Of a stretch of 64,000 bases of DNA, positions 61,145 through 64,000 are shown in pieces (position 1 is the stretch's first letter; every line of letters starts with the position of its first letter). The notes below the pieces were generated by a model. It was not told the DNA's origin, ran no database searches, and saw nothing but the letters and a program-made list of their open reading frames with translations. The stretch spans positions 1,760,001-1,824,000 of the forward strand of contig JASGJH010000001.1 in the NCBI GenBank assembly GCA_047601445.1, read 5' to 3'. The translations under genes and the position numbers were made by a program. Source of the stretch: Myxococcales bacterium (GTDB lineage: Bacteria > Myxococcota_A > Polyangia > Polyangiales > DASUME01).

Positions 61145-61990
61145 ATGGGGTTGTTTAGCGACAGGGCTTACGTGGTGGTCGGGGGTGGACGTGGCATCGG
61201 ACGCGCCACGGCGCTCGCGCTGGCTCAACACGGCGCCCGGCTGGTCATCGACGACGTCGGGTGCGACGCCAATGGCGAGGGCCATGATCCGAATGTCGCT
61301 GCCGAGGTGGCCGCCGAGATCCGGAGTCGCGGAGGGGAGGCGCTGGCTCTGTCGCTCGACGCGCGCACCCGGGATACCCCGCAGCGGCTCGTGGAGGCGT
61401 GCACCAAGGCGTTCGGCGTGGTGAACGGCGGCCTCTACTGCGCAGGCTTCACGCGCGAGCGGGCCCTCCTACGCATGAACGACGAGGACCTCGACAGCCT
61501 GCTCGACGTGCAAGTCCGGGGAGCCTTTCGTTTTACGCGCGATCTGGGCCGAGCCCTGGTCGACCAGCGACAGGGCGGCAGCATCGTGTTGTGCAGCTCC
61601 AACGCCGCCTTCTTCGGCAGCGCGGCCCAGGCCGGAGCGGCCGCAGCGGCTGGTGCAGTGGCCAGCCTGGCGCGCACGGCAGCCACTGAACTGCGCCGCC
61701 AGGGCGTCCGCGTCAACTGCGTGATCCCCACCGCGCGCACGCGATTGACCGAACATCTGCCCCTGTTTCGCTCCATCAAGGCTGATTCCCTCAGCGCCGA
61801 ACATGTCGCGAGCGTGATAGGGCACCTGCTCTCCGATGCCGCGCAGGACGTGCATGGCGAGCTTATCGGCGTGGCCGGTGGTCGGACCTACGCCTTCCGC
61901 ATGAGCGAAACGAGCGGGCTCTTCCGTGAAGGCCCGCCCGTCGAGTGGGGAGATTTGGCAGCCGGATGGCGTGAAGTTACACGGACCTAG
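61145..61990 (+). CDS. SDR-family protein lacking the YxxxK catalytic motif
   Basis: GGGRGIG Rossmann motif. QAGAAAAAG at the position of QANYxAAK. Confidence 0.85.
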   Translation: MGLFSDRAYVVVGGGRGIGRATALALAQHGARLVIDDVGCDANGEGHDPNVAAEVAAEIRSRGGEALALSLDARTRDTPQRLVEACTKAFGVVNGGLYCAGFTRERALLRMNDEDLDSLLDVQVRGAFRFTRDLGRALVDQRQGGSIVLCSSNAAFFGSAAQAGAAAAAGAVASLARTAATELRRQGVRVNCVIPTARTRLTEHLPLFRSIKADSLSAEHVASVIGHLLSDAAQDVHGELIGVAGGRTYAFRMSETSGLFREGPPVEWGDLAAGWREVTRT

Positions 61991-62032
61991 GTCTGGCCTT
62001 CACGAAGCACGGCTGGCGCGGCGCCCGGCCGC

Positions 62033-62206
62033 TCAGGTCCCAAACAGGTCGATGATCACGACGCCGCGGTTCTTGTCCTCGGACTCTTCCTGCGGATCGT
62101 GTGGCCTGGCGGGGGGCACCGGCAGCTCGAGGTATGGCTGAGGCGCATTGCGGCGCTCGCGCTCTTCTCGTTGCCGAATCTGCTCGATGATGAACGGCGG
62201 TAGCAT
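62033..62206 (-). CDS. Small 57-aa protein (MLPPFIIEQIRQREERERRNAPQPYLELPVPP…NRGVVIIDLFGT), absent from the ORF track
   Basis: ATG with AGGAG RBS 6 nt upstream, clean frame to TGA, and a consensus sigma54 promoter upstream. Confidence 0.8.
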   Translation of the reverse strand: MLPPFIIEQIRQREERERRNAPQPYLELPVPPARPHDPQEESEDKNRGVVIIDLFGT

Positions 62207-62257
62207 CGCTCGCTCCTAACCACCCTCGCGGGTACCCTGAGCCTAAGCTCAACTCAG

Positions 62258-62274
62258 TGCAATCGCAGTGCCAG
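62258..62274 (-). promoter_or_regulatory. Sigma54 (-24/-12) promoter
   Basis: CTGGCACTGCGATTGCA = TGGCAC-N5-TTGCA on the minus strand. Confidence 0.8.
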
Positions 62275-62503
62275 TTCCTAATCGTAGCGTCTTCACACCA
62301 AGCGTTAACCAAGCCTCATCGGAATTCTACGCTGACTCACTGAAATCAGTCTACTCAGCGACGCAATCTCAACAGAAACTCACCATGCTTTGGTTCCGTG
62401 TCAAGCCCGCCAGCTTCCACAGTTGGGACCGAGGATTTCACCTCTGCATACCTCGACGCACCCATTGCTCCCCGTGACGTCTCGCCGAGATTGCGGGGCC
62501 AAC

Positions 62504-63721
62504 TTGCCCCGTACCCTTGTTTGGTGGTGCTGCTGGTGCTGGATTTTCATGTCGTCGAGCGACTCCCTAGCCCAGGTCACAGAACCTGCCTGGGATGGCC
62601 TAGACGCGCTGACCACAGTGCTCACGGAGTCCCAAGTCCCCTTCAGTGCGCCGGATCACTTGGATCTCTCACGCCTCACGCCGGACGACGCGGTGCTGAT
62701 CGTGAGCCCACGTCAGAGTCTGCCCGTGCAGGGACTCACCACCTTCTTGCGAGAGGGCGGACGCGTTGCGCTGTTCGATGACGTGGGGGCCGGCGATCGG
62801 CTGCTCTCGGCATATCAAGTGTCCCGGGTCCCGGTACCCGCTGGCAGCGCCCCCGCGCTACGCGGCGATCCCTCGCTGCTCATTGCTTACCCAGCTAGCG
62901 AGCATCCCCTGGTAGCCGGGGTCTCGCTGCTGCTCACCAACCGCGCCAGCGAGCTGAGGCACCCGGACCTGCGACCGGTCTTCACTTTCGGCCGCTCCCA
63001 CCGCGCGCTCATGCTGGCCGGGGCGGTGGGCGGTGGGCGCCTCGTCGCGGTGGGCGACGGCAGCGTGCTCATCAATCAGCTGATGGCGGCCCCCTCACAC
63101 CGTCGCTTCGCCAGCAACCTGGTCTCCTACCTCGCGCGCCCAAACGGTCGCATCTGGCTGGTCGGGCCCAACACCACCTTCGAGGGCAGCTACGGGAGTC
63201 CCGCGTTGGCCCTGTCGCGCCTGGAAAACTGGCTCAAGCGACTGGCGCGTCCCGATTTTCCGCCGGCCGTGCTGTGGCTGCTCTCGGTGGCCCTGGCAGG
63301 CATCGCGCTGGTCGTCGCCGCGGGCGCCCTGCCCCGCCGTTCGCCCTACGTGAGTCCCGAGCTGTTCCCCGAGTCCGAGGTGTTTGCGGGCTTCGCTGGC
63401 CGGATCGCCGCCGTGGAACGCGAAGGGGTGAGCTTGTTGTGGCCGCTGCTCGACTATCGGCGGGAACTCGAGGCCGAGCTCACCCATCGACTGTCCTTGG
63501 GGGGTGGCTTCGAGCGCGCGGAGGCCCTGCAAAGCGCGAAGCGACGCGGACTCTCGGCGAGCGACGTGCAGGCCTTCGGGAATCTGCTGGATGAGCTCGA
63601 GTCACTAGCGGCCCAGGGCGGCGTCGGCGAGTCCAAACGGCGGATTCGGGTGAGCGAACTGAGAAACGTGGTACGCAAGGGCGAAGAGCTGCTCGCGAAG
63701 CTCGGGAACGACAAGACATGA
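62504..63721 (+). CDS. DUF4350-like membrane/secreted protein (MoxR operon associated)
   Basis: FLREGGRV, VGGGRLVAVGDGSVLIN, TM helix. Stop overlaps the MoxR start. Start uncertain. Confidence 0.7.
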   Translation: MPRTLVWWCCWCWIFMSSSDSLAQVTEPAWDGLDALTTVLTESQVPFSAPDHLDLSRLTPDDAVLIVSPRQSLPVQGLTTFLREGGRVALFDDVGAGDRLLSAYQVSRVPVPAGSAPALRGDPSLLIAYPASEHPLVAGVSLLLTNRASELRHPDLRPVFTFGRSHRALMLAGAVGGGRLVAVGDGSVLINQLMAAPSHRRFASNLVSYLARPNGRIWLVGPNTTFEGSYGSPALALSRLENWLKRLARPDFPPAVLWLLSVALAGIALVVAAGALPRRSPYVSPELFPESEVFAGFAGRIAAVEREGVSLLWPLLDYRRELEAELTHRLSLGGGFERAEALQSAKRRGLSASDVQAFGNLLDELESLAAQGGVGESKRRIRVSELRNVVRKGEELLAKLGNDKT

Positions 63722-64000
63722 TGCAGAGGAGAATCGACGAGCGCTCTCTGGCGCTATCAGCTCAACGTGCGGCCACGGTGGTGCAAGAAGTCCAACGCGC
63801 CTATGTGGGGCCGCGCGAAGTGGCCGAACTGCTGCTCATCTGTTTGTTGGCGCGCGGGCACGTGCTGCTCGAAGGCGTACCGGGCGTGGCCAAAACCACC
63901 CTGGTCAAGGCGTTCGCCGCGACCTTGGGCTGTGCCTTTCGGCGCATCCAGTTCACGCCCGACCTGCTGCCCGCCGATATCACGGGCACCTACGTACTCT
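63718..64000 (+). CDS. MoxR-family AAA ATPase (3'-truncated by window edge)
   Basis: GHVLLEGVPGVAKT…RIQFTPDLLPADITG. Confidence 0.93.
   Translation, partial: MMQRRIDERSLALSAQRAATVVQEVQRAYVGPREVAELLLICLLARGHVLLEGVPGVAKTTLVKAFAATLGCAFRRIQFTPDLLPADITGTYVL

Overview
GC-rich (roughly 68-70%) bacterial DNA. The gene content (pilMNOPQ-aroKB, zinc-ribbon/TPR proteins, Ser/Thr kinase-sigma54 activator fusion, GDGD-repeat Cys-rich lipoproteins, kdd) points to a myxobacterium, probably Polyangiales-like (inference). The window has two parts. (1) About 1-17.7 kb is an accessory region downstream of a minus-strand tRNA-Asp, filled with secreted or surface proteins: a Cys-repeat protein with an IPTL-CTERM-like tail, an AraC regulator followed by three FN3/tectonin proteins whose promoters carry phased GGATAG repeats, two divergent lipoproteins, a DUF1254/1214 protein, a GT-C-like membrane protein, and a 2.3-kb mini-island. 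The mini-island is flanked by a ~126-bp duplication of the tRNA-Asp 3' end plus terminator. It retains arm-like TTGGGCACA repeats and a frameshifted tyrosine-integrase C-terminal relic around one Cys-rich DUF1566 gene. Short copies of its two end sequences also bracket the AraC-tectonin block, hinting at a tandem cassette array. (2) About 17.7-64 kb is core chromosome: VanW-family, coaBC, kdd, YciO/Sua5, mpg, tRNA-Gln/Glu, acyl-CoA and citrate synthases, sppA, a frameshifted giant TPR gene, aroKB, pilMNOPQ with an XRE regulator, a LysM peptidase, kinases, an SDR and a partial MoxR. It includes two apparent pseudo-enzymes and an unannotated 57-aa gene with a consensus sigma54 promoter. All family assignments come from motif recognition by eye, with no database searches.
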